From: a virus | Taxonomy: Duplodnaviria; Caudoviricetes | Strand: one strand, 5' to 3' | IMG/VR virus record: IMGVR_UViG_3300032318_000232 | Coordinates: 1 to 27,445 of that record | DNA: 27,445 bases | Shown: positions 25,294 through 27,445 of the stretch, piece by piece | Layout of the letters: each line of letters begins with the position of its first letter | How positions within the stretch are numbered: position 1 is the first letter of the stretch | Made by a program: the position numbers and the translations under genes | Notes under the pieces: generated by a model | What the model was told of the DNA's origin: nothing | The model's database searches: none | What the model saw: the letters and a program-made list of their open reading frames with translations, nothing else

Positions 25294-25602
25294 ATGAACA
25301 AGTTCACATTCAACAACTCTATCCTTAAGTCCATCAAGGATTACGATAGCGTTATCAAAGCAACTGTAGTAGACCGCCGTCTAGAGCAAATGCCCGATGG
25401 CAACCTTCGTTCCAAGTTCGTAGCCTCTCGTCAAGTTACCATTTTTGACCCAGAGTTACAGAAGTTACTTCGCCAAAACATCACCGATGTAGATACTGAA
25501 CTGGTCGTTAACGCCAGTGGTTACTTTTCATCTACCCTGTCGGAGAAAACTAAGAAGTGGTATGACAATCAGGTAGTCACTGAGTTGGAAGTACTGGTCT
25601 AG
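25294..25602 (+). CDS. Putative OB-fold ssDNA-binding-like protein (102 aa)
   Basis: Start corrected to MNKFTF (ATG 25294, RBS AAGGAG). Strand pattern ...RQVTIFD-helix-LVVNASGYF...WYDNQVVTELE resembles an SSB OB fold; no acidic tail. Confidence 0.5.
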   Translation: MNKFTFNNSILKSIKDYDSVIKATVVDRRLEQMPDGNLRSKFVASRQVTIFDPELQKLLRQNITDVDTELVVNASGYFSSTLSEKTKKWYDNQVVTELEVLV

Positions 25603-25608
25603 TTTCCA

Positions 25609-25657
25609 AGAGTGGGCAGTCAGGCTACAACCTGGCTGTCCACTCTCCCTTTTTTTT
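25609..25657 (+). terminator. Rho-independent terminator
   Basis: AGAGTGGGCAGTCAGG-CTACAA-CCTGGCTGTCCACTCT (16 bp, two G.U pairs), then CCC and T8. Confidence 0.85.
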
Positions 25658-25708
25658 ACAGCAGGCCAGTGGTACTACTACGGAGTTATACGAGTCAAAG
25701 GAGAAATC

Positions 25709-25873
25709 ATGGTATTAGAAAGTTTAGATTTGATAGCAATCACTATTGCTTTATCTACCAGCATTGTTGTAATTGCTATGTCAGTGCGCCAGAATATGCT
25801 ACTTCAACGGGAGAATATGAATCTGCGCAGACTACTACGCAAGGAAAGAGAAAAGAATGTCACTCGATTCTAA
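25709..25873 (+). CDS. Small single-TM membrane protein (54 aa)
   Basis: Not in ORF track. MVLESLDLIAITIALSTSIVVIAMSVRQNMLLQRENMNLRRLLRKEREKNVTRF; RBS AAAGGAG. Confidence 0.75.
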   Translation: MVLESLDLIAITIALSTSIVVIAMSVRQNMLLQRENMNLRRLLRKEREKNVTRF

Positions 25874-26111
25874 CAAGTATGTTATGTATGCAACCAAACG
25901 CTGTATCCATTGCGGTAAAGGGTCATTGATTGGTGTTAAAGAACAAGATATATTCAACTACCTATCAGGGCAACTAGCACAAGATGCTTTCCCTGATATG
26001 CCTATGCCACTGCGTGAGCAGATAATCAGCGGTACTCACCCTGATTGCTGGAAAGAAATGTTCGCTGAATATGATGAGGACTTAGCATATGAAAGCAGTA
26101 AAGAAGTTTAA
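25857..26111 (+). CDS. Zn-binding phage hypothetical protein (84 aa)
   Basis: CIHC...QDAFP....REQIISGTHPDCW, a CxxC...HxxC arrangement. Confidence 0.75.
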   Translation: MSLDSNKYVMYATKRCIHCGKGSLIGVKEQDIFNYLSGQLAQDAFPDMPMPLREQIISGTHPDCWKEMFAEYDEDLAYESSKEV

Positions 26112-26241
26112 GTTAGCCAACTGTTATCAATGTCAGACACCGCTAGTAATATCAGTGCTTGACTATTCTGAATCAAGAAACTATTGTCTTATGTGTGCCT
26201 GGAATAAAGTAGGGAGCAATGAAAATGCAAACAATGAATAA
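26089..26241 (+). CDS. Zn-ribbon small protein (50 aa)
   Basis: Not in ORF track. MKAVKKFKLANCYQCQTPLVISVLDYSESRNYCLMCAWNKVGSNENANNE; RBS GAGGA. Confidence 0.7.
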   Translation: MKAVKKFKLANCYQCQTPLVISVLDYSESRNYCLMCAWNKVGSNENANNE

Positions 26242-26482
26242 AGAAATAGGTATTAAACTACGCCAAATTCGTAAGCATCAAGGCTTAGGGTTACATGATG
26301 TAGAACTATTAAGTAATGGTGAGTTTACTATCCAAGCAGTTGGTAGTTATGAACGGGGCAATAGAACTATTTCATTGCCTAAGTTCATAGAACTATGTGA
26401 GTTGTATAAAGTACCAGCACATGTAGTACTCAAGCATGAACGAATGACCTGCCGAATTATGTGTGAGGATACTTATGTTTAG
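26225..26482 (+). CDS. XRE-family HTH regulator resembling the BldD DNA-binding domain
   Basis: G.KLR.IR..QGL.LH.VE..S.G......VGSYERG.R pattern. Start at ATG 26225 fits AGGGAG spacing better than 26219. Confidence 0.8.
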   Translation: MQTMNKEIGIKLRQIRKHQGLGLHDVELLSNGEFTIQAVGSYERGNRTISLPKFIELCELYKVPAHVVLKHERMTCRIMCEDTYV

Positions 26483-26564
26483 TTATACTACTACGGAGAG
26501 TTGGATGATGCTGATAGGTATGACAGGCATGATTACAATCATCATAAGGATGTGGTTAAAATAA
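26475..26564 (+). CDS. Small hydrophobic peptide (29 aa)
   Basis: MFSYTTTESWMMLIGMTGMITIIIRMWLK; RBS GAGGA; overlaps the HTH gene stop. Confidence 0.5.
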   Translation: MFSYTTTESWMMLIGMTGMITIIIRMWLK

Positions 26565-26986
26565 AAAAGATAGCAGCAGTGGTATTTACATGGTATATGG
26601 CAGTAGTTTCTCTACTGTCAACACCAAGTGAAGCCTACACATTAGGCGTAGCAGACTTAGTTAAGTGTGACAATGAGTATACCACTACCAAACTATGGAC
26701 AAAGAAACTATCTAAAGCATACGCAAAACTACAAATGGCGTATCACTATCCAGAGTGGAACAACTCTGAATACAAAGCACTACTAAAATTGTGGGGTAAA
26801 GAATCAGGATGGAATCATCTTGCTGATAACCCACATAGTTCAGCATTTGGTATCCCACAAATGTTGAACTTACATCCAAAGACGCCAGCCCCTGCGCAGA
26901 TTGAGCAAGGGCTGGCTTATATCCACCACCGCTACGACAAACCATCAGTTGCATGGGCGCATTGGCGCAAACACAACTGGTACTAG
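26552..26986 (+). CDS. Secreted lytic transglycosylase (SLT / lysozyme-like; start uncertain)
   Basis: Catalytic-type KESGWN..A.NP.SSAFGIPQ, QI..GL.YI..RY, C-terminal HWRKHNWY; N-terminal signal-like KKIAAVVFTWYMAVVSLLSTPSEA. Confidence 0.8.
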   Translation: MVKIKKIAAVVFTWYMAVVSLLSTPSEAYTLGVADLVKCDNEYTTTKLWTKKLSKAYAKLQMAYHYPEWNNSEYKALLKLWGKESGWNHLADNPHSSAFGIPQMLNLHPKTPAPAQIEQGLAYIHHRYDKPSVAWAHWRKHNWY

Positions 26987-26995
26987 GAGAAACAA

Positions 26996-27121
26996 ATGAG
27001 CGAACAGTTAGATGAAACTCTACGCAGAATGGAAAAAGCGGCAGAAAAAATTCTACATGACATACTCAACGGAACAGAAACAAGATACGAACCCGACAAC
27101 AACAAAGGAGAAAACAAATGA
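26996..27121 (+). CDS. Hypothetical protein (41 aa)
   Basis: MSEQLDETLRRMEKAAEKILHDILNGTETRYEPDNNKGENK; RBS AGGAG; ATGA overlap with the next gene. Confidence 0.7.
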   Translation: MSEQLDETLRRMEKAAEKILHDILNGTETRYEPDNNKGENK

Positions 27122-27445
27122 CAGAAGAAAGAGATAGGTTCGGATACCCCGAAAAGCAAGCAGAAGTACTAGAAGTAATCAAGACTTTAGAAGGTATTGA
27201 TTACAGCGATGAAACTGGCATGGATAAAGTTAAAGGCTTAGCCTTATCTATCTATGATTCAGTTAACGATTACAGTAATGGTGTTGAGCCAACAGTAGAA
27301 CAAATTGCTGAGTTCACCATTGCTATGCACAAGAACATATCGTTCCGTGATTTTGTTATGGGACTACCTAATGATGTAGAGATTGATTATGTAGGTGAAT
27401 GGGTAGCATTCATGGGTACAGTAACACCCAAAGAATATGCCGCAC
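27118..27445 (+). CDS. DUF4192-like protein (truncated by window end)
   Basis: RBS AAAGGAG; open to the window end. IAEFTIAMHKNISFRDFVMG...EWVAFMGTVTPKEYAA resembles the RD...W...P pattern I recall for actinobacterial DUF4192. Confidence 0.5.
   Translation, partial: MTEERDRFGYPEKQAEVLEVIKTLEGIDYSDETGMDKVKGLALSIYDSVNDYSNGVEPTVEQIAEFTIAMHKNISFRDFVMGLPNDVEIDYVGEWVAFMGTVTPKEYAA

Noticed and set aside
25011-25929. ORF-track calls 25011-25280, the 25129 start of the 157-aa ORF, and 25612-25929
   Set aside because: They overlap better-supported genes or run through hairpins and the terminator. RBS positions support starts at 25294 and 25709 instead.
26712-26954. Minus-strand 80-aa ORF
   Set aside because: Antisense to the well-supported transglycosylase gene.
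1-27445. Stop-codon recoding, integrase or prophage boundary
   Set aside because: Genes are intact and densely packed under the standard code, with TAA, TAG and TGA all used as stops. No integrase, att site or host genes are visible.

Overview
This window is a tailed dsDNA phage genome segment with podovirus-like structural genes. The host is probably an actinobacterium, inferred from a BldD-like regulator, a DUF4192-like protein and an SLT protein ending in WY. Positions 1-23826 form one tightly coupled minus-strand morphogenesis operon. In transcription order it holds: terminase large subunit (with an N-terminal HTH), portal, four probable internal/ejection proteins (up to 1683 aa), scaffold, major capsid protein, a run of small Lys-rich proteins, a head-tail adaptor, a tail fibre, a 108-aa fibre-tip adaptor and at least 8 paralogous 164-191 aa genes. 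Those paralogs fall in a strict A-B-C, A-B-C, A-B... order. A ~970-bp non-coding region (23827-24799) separates this operon from divergent plus-strand small genes (Zn-finger proteins, SSB-like, BldD-like HTH, lytic transglycosylase, DUF4192-like). That region is packed with inverted repeats and includes a nested ~320-nt multibranch fold with two look-alike arms, a candidate large structured RNA. The two most striking observations are this fold and the periodic ABC gene triplets. All family calls come from reading motifs by eye and from recall; no searches or folding programs were run.
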